This document shows positions 40,581-55,800 of a stretch of DNA of 64,000 nucleotides, in pieces. How positions within the stretch are numbered: position 1 is the stretch's first letter; every line of letters begins with the position of its first letter. Source of the stretch: the human T2T-CHM13v2.0 reference genome, Homo sapiens. The stretch is from assembly GCF_009914755.1 (NCBI RefSeq), contig NC_060946.1; one strand, 5' to 3'. Below the pieces are notes generated by a model. The model searched no databases. It was not told where the DNA came from and saw only the letters and a list, made by a program, of their open reading frames with translations. The position numbers and the translations under genes are program-made.

Positions 40581-43500
40581 ATGGAATGGAATGGAATGGA
40601 ATGGAATGGAATGCAATGGAATGGACAGGAATGGAATGGAATGGAATTCAATGGAATGGAATGGACAGGAATGCAATGGAATGTAATGGAATGGAATGGA
40701 ATGGAGTGGAATGGACTAGAATGGAATGGAATGGAATGAAATCAACCCGATTGGAATGGAATAGAATGCAATGGAATGGAATGCAATCAACTGGAAAGGA
40801 ATCAAATGGAACGGAATGGAATAGAATGGAATGGATTGGAATGGAAAGGAATGGATTCAACCCGAGTGGAATGGAATGGAATAGAACGGAATAAACACGA
40901 GTGGAATGGAATGGAATGGAATGGAATGGAATGGAATGGAATGGAATGGAATGGAATCAACTCGAGTGGAATGAAATGTAATGGAATGGAATGGAATGGA
41001 ATTGAATGGAATAAACACGAGTGGAATGGAATGGAATGGAATGGAATGGAATAGAATGGAGTCAATTCAAGTGCAATGGAATGGTATACAATGGAATCGA
41101 ATGGAATGGAATCAACCAGTGTGGAATGGAATGGAAAGGAATGGAATGGAATGGAACGGAACGGAATGGAATGGAATGGCATGGAATGTAACGGCATGGA
41201 ATGGAATGGAATGGAATGGAATGGAATATAACGGCATGCAATGGAATGGAATGGAGTGGATTCAACCCGAGTGGAATGGAGTGGATTGGACTGTAACGGC
41301 ATGGAATGGAATGGAATGGAGTGGAATAAACACGAGTGGAATGGAATGGAATGGAATGGACTGGAATCAACCCGAGTGCAATGGAATGGAATGGAATGGA
41401 ATGGAATGGAGTGAAATAAACTCGAGTGGAATGGAATGGAATGGAATAGAATGGAATGGAATGGAAAGGAATGGAAGAGAATGGAATGGAATCAACTCGA
41501 GTGGAAAGGAATGGAATGGAAAGGAATGGAATGGAATGGAAAGGAATGGAATGCAATGTAATGCAGTGTTATGGAATGGAATCAACCCGAGTGGAATGGA
41601 ATGGAATGGAAAGGAATGGAATGCAATGGAATGCAATGTTAGGGAATGGAATCAACCCGAGTGGAATGGAATGGAATGGAATGGAATGCAATGGAATGGA
41701 ATGGAATGGAATGGAATGGAATGGAATAGAATGGAATCAATTCGAATGCAATGTAATGGTATAGAATGGAATGGAATGGAATGGAATGGAATCAACCAGA
41801 GTGTAATGGAATGGAAAGGAATGGAATGGAATGGAATGGAATGGAATGGAATGGAATGTAACAGCATGGAATGGAATGGAATGGAGTGGAATCAACCCGA
41901 GTGGAATGGAGTGGAATGGACTGTAATGGTCTGGAATGGAATGGAATGGAATGGAGTGGAATAAACACAAGTGGAATGGAATGGAATGGAATGGACTGGA
42001 ATCAACCAGAGTGCAATGGAATGGAATAGAATGGAATGGAATGGAATGGAATGAAAAAAACACGAGTGGAATGGAATGGAATGGAATGGAATTCAATGGA
42101 ATGGAATGGACAGGAATGGAATGGAATGGAATGGAATGGAGTGGAATGGACTGGAATGGAATGGAATGGAATGAAATCAACCCGATTGGAATGGAATGGA
42201 ATGCAATGGAATGGAATGGAATCAACTGGAAAGGAATCAAATGGAACGGAATGGAATAGAATGGAATGGATTGGAATGGAATGGAATGGATTCAACCCGA
42301 GTGGAATGGAATGGAATAGAATGGAATAAACACGAGTGGAATGGAATGGAATGGAATGGAATGGAATGGAATGGAATGGAATGGAATCAACTCGAGTGGA
42401 ATGAAATGTAATGTAATGGAATGGAATGGAATTGAATGGAATAAACACGAGTGGAATGGAATGGAATGGAATGGAATGGAATGGAATGGAATGGAATAGA
42501 ATGGAGTCAATTCAAGTGCAATGGAATGGTATAAAATGGAATCGAATGGAATGGAATCAACCAGAGTGGAATGGAATGGAAAGTTATAGAATGGAATGGA
42601 ATGGAATGGAATGGCATGGAATGTAACGGCATGGAATGGAATGGAATGGAATGGAATGGAATGGAATGGAATATAACGGCATGCAATGGAATGGAATGGA
42701 GTGGATTCAACCCGAGTGGAATGGAGTGGATTGGACTGTAACGGCATGGAATGGAATGGAATGGAGTGGAATAAACACGAGTGGAATGGAATGGAATGGA
42801 ATGGACTGGAATCAACCCGAGTGCAATGGAATGGAATGGAATGGAATGGAATGGAGTGAAATAAACTCGAGTGGAATGGAATGGAATGGAATAGAATGGA
42901 ATGGAATGGAAAGGAATGGAAGAGAATGGAATGGAATCAACTCGAGTGGAAAGGAATGGAATGGAAAGGAATGGAATGGAATGGAAAGGAATGGAATGCA
43001 ATGTAATGCAGTGTTATGGAATGGAATCAACCCGAGTGGAATGGAATGGAATGGAAAGGAATGGAATGCAATGGAATGCAATGTTAGGGAATGGAATCAA
43101 CCCGAGTGGAATGGAATGGAATGGAATGGAATGCAATGGAATGGAATGGAATGGAATGGAATGGAATGGAATGGAATAGAATGGAATCAATTCGAATGCA
43201 ATGTAATGGTATAGAATGGAATGGAATGGAATGGAATGGAATCAACCAGAGTGGAATGGAATGGAAAGGAATGGAATGGAATGGAATGGAATGGAATGGA
43301 ATGGAATGGAATGGAATGGAATGTAACGGCATGGAATGGAATGGAATGGAGTGGAATCAACCCGAGTGGAATGGAGTGGAATGGACTGTAATGGTCTGGA
43401 ATGGAATGGAATGGAATGGAGTGGAATAAACACAAGTGGAATGGAATGGAATGGAATGGACTGGAATCAACCAGAGTGCAATGGAATGGAATAGAATGGA

Positions 43501-46500
43501 ATGGAATGGAATGGAATGAAAAAAACACGAGTGGAATGGAATGGAATGGAATGGAATTCAATGGAATGGAATGGACAGGAATGGAATGGAATGGAATGGA
43601 ATGGAGTGGAATGGACTAGAATGGAATGGAATGGAATGAAATCAACCCGATTGGAATGGAATGGAATGCAATGGAATGGAATGGAATCAACTGGAAAGGA
43701 ATCAAATGGAACGGAATGGAATAGAATGGAATGGATTGGAATGGAATGGAATGGATTCAACCCGAGTGGAATGGAATGGAATAGAATGGAATAAACACGA
43801 GTGGAATGGAATGGAATGGAATGGAATGGAATGGAATGGAATGGAATGGAATCAACTCGAGTGGAATGAAATGTAATGTAATGGAATGGAATGGAATTGA
43901 ATGGAATAAACACGAGTGGAATGGAATGGAATGGAATGGAATGGAATGGAATGGAATAGAATGGAGTCAATTCAAGTGCAATGGAATGGTATAAAATGGA
44001 ATCGAATGGAATGGAATCAACCAGAGTGGAATGGAATGGAAAGTTATAGAATGGAATGGAATGGAATGGAATGGAACGGAATGGAATGGAATGGAATGGA
44101 ATGTAACGGCATGGAATGGAATGGAATGGAATGGAATGGAATGGAATGGCATGCAATGGAATGGAATGGAGTGGAATAAACACGAGTGGAATGGAATGGA
44201 ATGGAATGGAATGGAATGGACTGGAATGGAAAGGAATGGAAGAGAATGGAATGGAATCAACACGAGTGGAAAGGAATGGAATGGAAAGGAATGGCATGGA
44301 ATGGAAAGGAATGTAATGCAATGGAATGCAGTGTTATGGAATGGAATCAACCCGAGTGGAATGGAATGGAATGGAATGGAATGGAGTGGAATGGAATGGA
44401 ATGGAATGCAATGGAATGGACAGGAATGGAATGGAATGGAATGGAATGGAGTGGAATGGACTAGAATGGAATGGAATGGAATGGAATGAAATTAACCCTA
44501 TTGGTATGGAATGGAATGCAATGGAATGGAATGGAATCAACTGGTAAGGAAACAAATGGAACTGAATGGAATAGAATGGAATGGATTGTAATGGAATGGA
44601 ATGGAATCAAACCTAGTAGAATGGAATGGAAAGAATGGAATGAACAGGAATGGAATGGAATGGAATGGAATTTAATGGAATGGAATGGAATTTAATAGAA
44701 TGGAATGGAATGGAATGGAATGGAATGGAATGGAATCAACCCGAGTGGAGTGGAATGGAATGGAATGGAAATGAATGGAATAGAATGGAATAGAATGGAA
44801 CGGAAAGGAATGGAATGAACCCGAGTGGAATGGAATGGAATGGAAAGGCACGGAATGGAATGGAATGGAATGGAATGGAATGGAATGGAATGGAATGGAA
44901 TCAACCCGAGTGGAATGGAATGGAATGGAATCAAACTGAGTGGAATGGAATGGAATGGAATGCAATGGAATGTAATGCAGTGGAAGGCATTAGAATCAAC
45001 TGGAATGGAATGCAGTGGAATGGAATGGAATCAACGCCAGTGGAATGGAATGGAATGGAAGGGATAATAATAAAATGGAATGGAATAAATCCGGCTGGAA
45101 TGGAATGGAATGGAATGCAATGGAATGAAATGGAATCAACTCGAGTGGAATGAAATGTAACTTGATGGAATGGAATGGAATGGAATGGAATGGAATGGAA
45201 TGGAATGGAATACAATGGAATCAATTCGAGTGCCATGTAATGGTATAGAATGGAATGGAATGGAATGGAATGAAATGGAATGGAATGGAATGGAATGGAA
45301 TCATCCAGAGTGGAATGGAATGGAATGGAATGGAATGGAATGGAATATATTGGAATGGAATGGAATGGAATGGAATGGAATATATTGGAATGGAATGCAA
45401 CAGAATCAACTGGAATGGAATGGAATGGAATGGAATGGATTATAATGGAATGGAATGGAATCAATCCGAGTGGAATGGAATGGAATGGAATGGAATGGAA
45501 TTCAATGTAATGGAAACAAACCGAGAGGAATGTAATGGAATGGAAAGGACTGGAATGTAATGGAATGGATTGGAATCAAACCGATTCCAATGCAACGGAA
45601 TGGAATGGAATGGAATGGAAAGAAATCAACCCGAATGGAATGGATTGGAATAGAGTGGAATGGAATGGAATGGCATGGAATGCAATGAAATCAACTAGAA
45701 TGGAATGGAATGGAATGGAATGAACAGGAATGGAATGGAATGGAATGGAATGGAATGGAATGGAATGGAGTGGAATGGAATGCAATGGAATGAAATCAAC
45801 CCGATTGGAATGGAATGGAATGCAATGGAATGGAATGGAATCAACTGGAAAGGAATCAAATGGAACGGAATCGAATGGAATGGAATGGAATGGAATGGAA
45901 TGGAATGGAATGGAACGGAACGGAATCAACCTCTGTGGAATGGAATGGAATGGAATGGATTATAATGGAATGGAATGGAATCAATCCAGGTGGAATGGAA
46001 TGGAATGGAATGGAATGGAATGGAATGCAATGGAATGGACAGGAATGGAATGGAATGGAATTCAATGGAATGGAATGGACAGGAATGCAATGGAATGTAA
46101 TGGAATGGAATGGAATGGAGTGGAATGGACTAGAATGGAATGGAATGGAATGAAATCAACCCGATTGGAATGGAATAGAATGCAATGGAATGGAATGCAA
46201 TCAACTGGAAAGGAATCAAATGGAACGGAATGGAATAGAATGGAATGGATTGGAATGGAAAGGAATGGATTCAACCCGAGTGGAATGGAATGGAATAGAA
46301 CGGAATAAACACGAGTGGAATGGAATGGAATGGAATGGAATCAACTCGAGTGGAATGAAATGTAATGTAATGGAATGGAATGGAATTGAATGGAATAAAC
46401 ACGAGTGGAATGGAATGGAATGGAATGGAATGGAATAGAATGGAGTCAATTCAAGTGCAATGGAATGGTATACAATGGAATCGAATGGAATGGAATCAAC

Positions 46501-48430
46501 CAGAGTGGAATGGAATGGAAAGGAATGGAATGGAATGGAACGGAACGGAATGGAATGGAATGGAATGGAATGGAATGGAATGGAATGGAACGGCATGGAA
46601 TGGAATGGAATGGAATGGAATGGAATGGAATGGAATATAACGGCATGCAATTGAATGGAATGGAGTGGATTCAACCCGAGTGGAATGGAGTGGATTGAAC
46701 GGTAACGGCATGGAATGGAATGGAATGGAGTGGAATAAACAAGAGTGGAATGGAATGGAATAGAATGGAATGGAATGGAATGGAGTGAAATAAACTCGAG
46801 TGGAATGGAATGGAATGGAATAGAATGGAATGGAATGGAAAGGAATGGAAGAGAATGGAATGGAATCAACTCGAGTGGAAAGGAATGGAATGGAAAGGAA
46901 TGGAATGGAATGGAAAGGAATGGAATGCAATGGAATGCAGTGTTATGGAATGGAATCAACCCGAGTGGAATGGAATGGAATGGAATGGAATGGAATGGAA
47001 TGGACAGGAATGGAATGGAATGGAATGCAATGGAATGGAATGGAATGGAATGGAGTGGAATGGACTAGAATGGAATGGAATGGAATGAAATCAACCCGAT
47101 GGGAATGGAATGGAATGCAATGGAATGGAATGGAATCAACTGGAAAGGAATCAAATGGAACGGAATGGAATTGAATGGAATGGATTGGAATGGAATGGAA
47201 TGGAATGGAATTTAATAGAATGGAATGGAATGGAATGGAATAGAATGGAATGGAATCAACCCGATTGGAGTCAAATGAAATGGAATGGAAATGAATGGAA
47301 TAGAATGGAATGTAATGGAACGGAAAGGAATGGCATGAACCCGAGTGGAATGGAATGGAATGGAATGGAATGGAATGGAATCGAAAGGCACGGAATGGAA
47401 TGGAATGGAATGGAATCAACCCGAGTGGAATGGAATGGAATGGAATCAAACTGAGTGGAATGGAATGGAATGGAATGAAATGGAATGTAATGGAGTGGAA
47501 GGCATTAGAGTCAACTGGAATGGAATGGAGTGGAATGGAATGGAATCAACGCCAGTGGAATGGAATGGAATGGAATGGATAATAATGGAATGGAATGGAA
47601 TCAATCCGGGTGGAATGGAATGGAATGGAATGCAATGGAATGGAATGGAATCAACTCGAGTGGAATGAAATGTAACGTAATGTAACGGAATGGAATGGAA
47701 TGGAATGGAATAGAATGGAATCAATTCGAGTGTAATATAACGGTATACAATGGAATGGAATGGAATGGAATGGAATCAACTAGAGTGGAAACGAATGGAA
47801 AGGAATGGAATGGAATGGAATGGAGTGTAATGGAATGGAATGGAATGGAATGGAATGGAATGGAATAGAATGGAGTCAATTCAAGTGCAATGGAATGGTA
47901 TACAATGGAATCGAATGGAATGGAATCAACCAGAGTGGAATGGAATGGAAAGGAATGGAATGGAATGGAACGGAACGGAATGGAATGGAATGGAATGGAA
48001 TGTAACGGCATGGAATGGAATGGAATGGAATGGAATGGAATGGAATGGAATATAACGGCATGCAATGGAATGGAATGGAGTGGATTCAACCCGAGTGGAA
48101 TGGAGTGGATTGGACTGTAACGGCATGGAATGGAATGGAATGGAGTGGAATAAACACGAGTGGAATGGAAAGGAATGGAATGGACTGGAATCAACCCGAG
48201 TGCAATGGAATGGAATGGAATGGAATGGAATGGAGTGAAATAAACTCGAGTGGAATGGAATGGAATGGAATAGAATGGAATGGAATTTAAAGGAATGGAA
48301 GAGAATGGAATGGAATCAACTCGAGTGGAAAGGAATGGAATGGAAAGGAATGGAATGGAATGGAAAGGAATGGAATGCAATGGAATGCAGTGTTATGGAA
48401 TGGAATCAACCCGAGTGGAATGGAATGGAA
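40581..48430 (+). repeat. ~7.85 kb tandem duplication, copy 2
   Basis: Shares markers with copy 1 (CAACCAGTGTGG, GTAACTTGATGG, the 84-bp deletion at ~39.35/47.2 kb). After ~48,465 the sequence continues as the paralog of ~7,485. Confidence 0.9.
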
Positions 48431-51400
48431 TGGAATGGAATGGAATGGAATGGAATGGAATGGAATGGATTGGAATGGAATGGACAGGAACGGAATGGAA
48501 TGGAATGGAATGGAATGGAATGGAATGGAATGGAATGGAGTGGAATGGAATAGAATGGAATGGAATGGAATGAAATCAACCCGATGGGAATGGAATGGAA
48601 TGCAATGGAATGGAATGGAATCAACTGGAAAGGAATCAAATGGAACGGAATGGAATTGAATGGAATGGATTGGAATGGAATGGAATGGAATCAAACCTAG
48701 TAGAATGGAATGGAAAGAATGGAATGTACAGGAATGGAATGGAATGGAATGGAATTTAATGGAATGGAATGGAATGGAATGGAATTTAATAGAATGGAAT
48801 GGAATGGAATGGAATGGAATGGAATGGAATGGAATCAACCCGATTGGAGTCAAATGAAATGGAATGGAAATGAATGGAATAGAACGGAATGGAATGGAAC
48901 GGAAAGGAATGGCATGAACCCGAGTGGAATGGAATGGAATGGAATGGAATGGAATGGAATGGAATGGAATCGAAAGGCACGGAATGGAATGGAATGGAAT
49001 GGAATGGAATGGAATGGAATCAACCCGAGTGGAATGGAATGGAATGGAATCAAACTGAGTGGAATGGAATGGAATGGAATGCAATGGAATGTAATGGAGT
49101 GGAAGGCATTAGAATCAACTGGAATGGAATGGAGTGGAATGGAATGGAATCAACGCCAGTGGAATGGAATGGAATGGAATGGATAATAATGGAATGGAAT
49201 GGAATCAATCCGGGTGGAATGGAATGGAATGGAATGCAATGGAATGGAATGGAATCAACTCGAGTGGAATGAAATGTAACGTAATGTAATGTAATGGAAT
49301 GGAATGGAATGAAATAGAATGGAATCAATTCGAGTGTAATATAACGGTATAGAATGGAATGGAATGGAATGGAATGGAATCAACTAGAGTGGAAACGAAT
49401 GGAAAGGAATGGAATGGAATGGAATGGAGTGTAATGGAATGGAATGGAATGGAATGGAATGGAATGGAATGGCATGGAATGGAATGGAATGGAGTGGAAT
49501 CAACCAGAGTGGAATGGAGTGCAATGGACTGTAACGGCATGGAATGGAATGGAATGGAGTGGAATAAACACGAGTGGAATGGAATGGAATGGAATGGACT
49601 GGAATGGAATGGAATGGAATCAACCCGAGTGAAATGGAATGGAATAGAATGGAATGAAATAAACACGAGTGGAAAGGAATGGAATGGAATGGAATGGAAG
49701 AGAATGGAATGGAATCAACTCGAGTGGAAAGGAATGGAATGGAATGGAATGGAAAGGAATGGAATGCAATGGAATGCAATGTTATGGAATGGAATCAACC
49801 CGAGTTGAATGGAATGGAATGGAATGGAATGCAATGGAATGGAATGGAATCAACTCGAGTGGAATGAAATGTAATGTAATGTAATGGAATGGAATGGAAT
49901 GGAATGGAATAGAATGGAATCATTTCGAATGCAATGTAATGGTATAGAATGGAATGGAATGGAATGGAATCAACCAGAGTGGAATGGAATGGAAAGGAAT
50001 GGAATGGAATGGAATGGAAAGGAATGGAATGGAATGGAATGGAATGCAATGTAACGGCATGGAATGGAATGGAATGGAGTGGAATCAACCCGAGTGGAAT
50101 GGAGTGGAATGGACTGTAATGGAATGGAATGGAATGGAGTGGAATAAACACAAGTGGAAAGGAATGGAATGGAATCAGACTGAGTGGAATGGAATGGAAT
50201 GGAAAGCAATGGAATGTAATGCAGTGGAAGGCATTAGAATCAACTGGAATGGAATGGAGTGGAATGGAATGGAATCAACGCCAGTGGAATGGATTGGAAT
50301 GGAATGGATAATAATGGTATGGAAGGGAATCAATCCGGGTGGAATGGAATGGAATGGAATGGAATGCAATGGAATGAAATGGAATCAACTCGAGTGGAAT
50401 GAAATGTAACGTAATGTAATGGAATGGAATGGAATGGAATAGAATGGAATCAATTCGAGTGCAATATAATCGTATAGAATGGAATGGAATGGAATGGAAT
50501 GGAATGGAATGGAATGTAACGGCATGGAATGGAATGGAATGGAATGGAATGGAATGGAATGGAATGGAATGGCATGCAATGGAATGGAATGGAGTGGAAT
50601 AAACACGAGTGGAATGGAATGGAATGGAATGGACTGGAATGGAAAGGAATGGAAGAGAATGGAATGGAATCAATACGAGTGGAAAGGAATGGAATGGAAA
50701 GGAATGGAATGGAATGGAAAGGAATGTAATGCAATGGAATGCAGTGTTATGGAATGAAATCAACCCGAGTGGAATGGAATGGAATGGAATGCAATGGAAT
50801 GGACAGGAATGGAATGGAATGGAATGGAATGGACAGGAATGGAATGGAATGGAATGGAATGGAATGGAATGGAATGGAATGGAATGGAATGCAATGGAGT
50901 GGAATGGACTAGAATGGAATGGAATGGAATGAAATCAACCCGATGGGAATGGAATGGAATGCAATGGAATGGAATGGAATCAACTGGAAAGGAATCAAAT
51001 GGAACGGAATGGAATTGAATGGAATTGATTGGAATGGAATGGAATGGAATCAAACCTAGTAGAATGGAATGGAAAGAATGGAATGTACAGGAATGGAATG
51101 GAATGGAATGGAATTTAATGGAATGGAATGGAATGGAATGGAATTTAATAGAATGGAATGGAATGGAATGGAATGGAATGGAATGGAATGGAATGGAATG
51201 GAATCAACCCGATTGGAGTCAAATGAAATGGAATGGAAATGAATGGAATAGAATGGAATGGAATGGAACGGAAAGGAATGGCATGAACCCGAGTGGAATG
51301 GAATGGAATGGAATGGAATGGAATGGAATGGAATGGAATCGAAAGGCACGGAATGGAATGGAATGGAGTGGAATGGAATGGAATGGAATGGAATCAACCC

Positions 51401-52880
51401 GAGTGGAATGGAATGGAATGGAATCAAACTGAGTGGAATGGAATGGAATGGAATGCAATGGAATGTAATGGAGTGGAAGGCATTAGAATCAACTGGAATG
51501 GAATGGAGTGGAATGGAATGAAATCAACGCCAGTGGAATGGAATGGAATGGAATGGAATGGATAATAATGGAATGGAATGGAATCAATCCGGGTGGAATG
51601 GAATGGAATGGAATGCAATGGAATGGAATGGAATCAACTCGAGTGGAATGAAATGTAACGTAATGTAATGTAATGTAATGGAATGGAATGGAATAGAATG
51701 GAATAAATTCGAGTGTAATATAACGGTATAGAATGGAATGGAATGGAATGGAATGGAATGGAATCAACTAGAGTGGAAACGAATGGAAAGGAATGGAATG
51801 GAATGGAATGGAGTGTAATGGAATGGAATGGAATGGAATGGAATGGAATGGCATGGAATGGAATGGAATGGAGTGGAATCAACCAGAGTGGAATGGAGTG
51901 CAATGGACTGTAACGGCATGGAATGGAATGGAATGGAGTGGAATAAACACGAGTGGAATGGAATGGAATGGAATGGACTGGAATGGAATGGAATGGAATC
52001 AACCCGAGTGAAATGGAATGGAATAGAATGGAATGAAATAAACACGAGTGGAAAGGAATGGAATGGAATGGAATGGAAGAGAGTGGAATGGAATCAACTC
52101 GAGTGGAAAGGAATGGAATGGAAAGGAATGGATTGGAATGGAAAGGAATGGAATGCAATGGAATGCAATGTTATGGAATGGAATCAACCCGAGTTGAATG
52201 GAATGGAATGGAATGGAATGCAATGGAATGGAATGGAATCAACTCGAGTGGAATGAAATGTAATGTAATGTAATGTAATGGAATGGAATGGAATGGAATG
52301 GAATGGAATAGAATGGAATCATTTCGAATGCAATGTAATGGTATAGAATGGAATGGAATGGAATGGAATCAACCAGAGTGGAATGGAATGGAAAGGAATG
52401 GAAAGGAATGGAATGGAATGGAATGTAACGGCATGGAATGGAATGGAATGGAGTGGAATCAACCCGAGTGGAATGGAGTGGAATGGACTGTAATGGAATG
52501 GAATGGAATGGAGTGGAATAAACACAAGTGGAAAGGAATGGAATGGAATCAAACTGAGTGGAATGGAATGGAATGGAAAGCAATGGAATGTAATGCAGTG
52601 GAAGGCATTAGAATCAACTGGAATGGAATGGAGTGGAATGGAATGGAATCAACGCCAGTGGAATGGATTGGAATGGAATGGATAATAATGGAATGGAAGG
52701 GAATCAATCCGGGTGGAATGGAATGGAAAGGAATGCAATGGAATGAAATGGAATCAACTCGAGTGGAATGAAATGTAACGTAATGTAATGGAATGGAATG
52801 GAATGGAATGGAATGGAATAGAATGGAATCAATTCGAGTGCAATATAATGGTATAGAATGGAATGGAATGGAATGGAATG
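48290..52880 (+). repeat. ~2.36 kb tandem duplication (also at ~7.3-11.55 kb)
   Basis: Offsets 48660/51019 (2,359), 50129/52503 (2,374), 8826/11170 (2,344). Shared markers are CTAGAGTGGAAACGAATGG, CATTTCGAATGC and GGAAAGCAATGG. Confidence 0.75.
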
Positions 52881-55800
52881 GAATGGAATCAACCAGAGTG
52901 GAATGGAATGGAAAGGAATGGAATGGAATGGAATGGAATGGAATGGAATGGAATGGCACGGCATGGAATGGAATGGAATGGAGTGGAATCAACCCGAGTG
53001 GAATGGAGTGGAATGGACTGTAATGGCATGGAATGGAATGGAATGGAAAGGAGTGGAATAAACACAAGTGGAATGGAATGGAATGGAATGGACTGGAATC
53101 AACCGGAGTGCAATGGAATGGAATAGAATGGAATGGAATGGAATGGAATGAAATAAACACGAACGGAACGGAATGGAATGGAATGGAATGGAATGGAGTG
53201 GAATGGACTAGAATGGAATGGAATGGAATGAAATCAACCCGATTGGATTGGAATGAAATGCAATGGAATGGAATGGAATCAACTGGAAAGGAATCAAATG
53301 GAACGGAATGGAATGGAATGGAATGGAATGGAATGGAATGGAACGGAATGGAATCAACCTCTATGGAATGGAATGGAATGGAATGGATTATAATGGAATG
53401 GAATGGAATCAATCCGGGTGGAATGGAATGGAATGGAATGGAATGGAATGGAATGCAATGGAATGGACAGGAATGGAATGGAATGGAATTCAATGGAATG
53501 GAATGGACAGGAATGCAATGGAATGTAATGGAATGGAATGGAATGGAATGGAGTGGAATGGACTAGAATGGAATGGAATGGAATGAAATCAACCCGATTG
53601 AAATGGAATGGAATGCAATGGAATGGAATGGAATCAACTGGAAAGGAATCAAATGGAACGGAATGGAATAGAATGGAATGGATTGGAATGGAAAGGAATG
53701 GATTCAACCCGAGTGGAATGGAATGGAATAGAACGGAATAAACACGAGTGGAATGGAATGGAATGGAATGGAATGGAATGGAATGGAATGGAATGGAATC
53801 AACTCGAGTGGAATGAAATGTAATGGAATGGAATGGAATGGAATTGAATGGAATAAACACGAGTGGAATGGAATGGAATGGAATGGAATGGAATAGAATG
53901 GAGTCAATTCAAGTGCAATGGAATGGTATACAATGGAATCGAATGGAATGGAATCAACCAGAGTGGAATGGAATGGAAAGGAATGGAATGGAATGGAACG
54001 GAACGGAATGGAATGGAATGGCATGGAATGTAACGGCATGGAATGGAATGGAATGGAATGGAATGGAATATAACGGCATGCAATGTAATGGAATGGAGTG
54101 GATTCAACCCGAGTGGAATGGAGTGGATTGGACTGTAACGGCGTGGAATGGAATGGAATGGAGTGGAATAAACACGAGTGGAATGGAATGGAATGGAATG
54201 GACTGGAATCAACCCGAGTGCAATGGAATGGAATGGAATGGAATGGAATGGAGTGAAATAAACTCGAGTGGAATGGAATGGAATGGAATAGAATGGAATG
54301 GAAAGGAAAGGAATGGAAGAGAATGGAATGGAATCAACTCGAGTGGAAAGGAATGGAATGGAAAGGAATGGAATGGAATGGAAAGGAATGGAATGCAATG
54401 GAATGCAATGTTAGGGAATGGAATCAACCCGAGTGGAATGGAATGGAATGGAATGGAATGCAATGGAATGGAATGGAATGGAATGGAATGGAATGGAATA
54501 GAATGGAATCAATTCAAATGCAATGTAATGGTATAGAATGGAATGGAATGGAATGGAATGGAATCAACCAGAGTGGAATGGAAAGGAATGGAATGGAATG
54601 GAATGGAATGGAATGGAATGGAATGGAATGGAATGGAACAGCATGGAATGGAATGGAATGGAGTGGAATCAACCCGAGTGGAATGGAGTGGAATGGACTG
54701 TAATGGTCTGGAATGGAATGGAATGGAATGGAGTGGAATAAACACCAGTGGAATGGAATGGAATGGAATGGACTGGAATCAACCAGAGTGCAATGGAATG
54801 GAATAGAATGGAATGGAATGGAATGGAATGAAAAAAACACGAGTGGAATGGAATGGAATGGAATGGAATTCAATGGAATGGAATGGAATGGAATGGAATG
54901 GAATGGAATGGAATGGAATGAAAAAAACACGAGTGGAATGGAATGGAATGGAATGGAATTCAATGGAATGGAATGGACAGGAATGGAATGGAATGGAATG
55001 GAATGGAGTGGAATGGACTAGAATGGAATGGAATGGAATGAAATCAACCCGATTGGAATGGAATGGAATGCAATGGAATGGAATGGAATCAACTGGAAAG
55101 GAATCAAATGGAACGGAATGGAATAGAATGGAATGGATTGGAATGGAATGGAATGGATTCAACCCGAGTGGAATGGAATGGAATAGAATGGAATAAACAC
55201 GAGTGGAATGGAATGGAATGGAATGGAATGGAATGGAATGGAATGGAATGGAATGGAATCAACTCGAGTGGAATGAAATGTAATGTAATGGAATGGAATG
55301 GAATTGAATGGAATAAACACGAGTGGAATGGAATGGAATGGAATGGAATGGAATGGAATGGAATAGAATGGAGTCAATTCAAGTGCAATGGAATGGTATA
55401 AAATGGAATCGAATGGAATGGAATCAACCAGAGTGGAATGGAATGGAAAGTTATAGAATGGAATGGAATGGAATGGAATGGAACGGAATGGAATGGAATG
55501 GAATGGAATGTAACGGCATGGAATGGAATGGAATGGAATGGAATGGAATGGAATGGAATGGCATGCAATGGAATGGAATGGAGTGGAATAAACACGAGTG
55601 GAATGGAATGGAATGGAATGGAATGGAATGGACTGGAATGGAAAGGAATGGAAGAGAATGGAATGGAATCAACACGAGTGGAAAGGAATGGAATGGAAAG
55701 GAATGGCATGGAATGGAAAGGAATGTAATGCAATGGAATGCAGTGTTATGGAATGGAATCAACCCGAGTGGAATGGAATGGAATGGAATGGAATGGAGTG

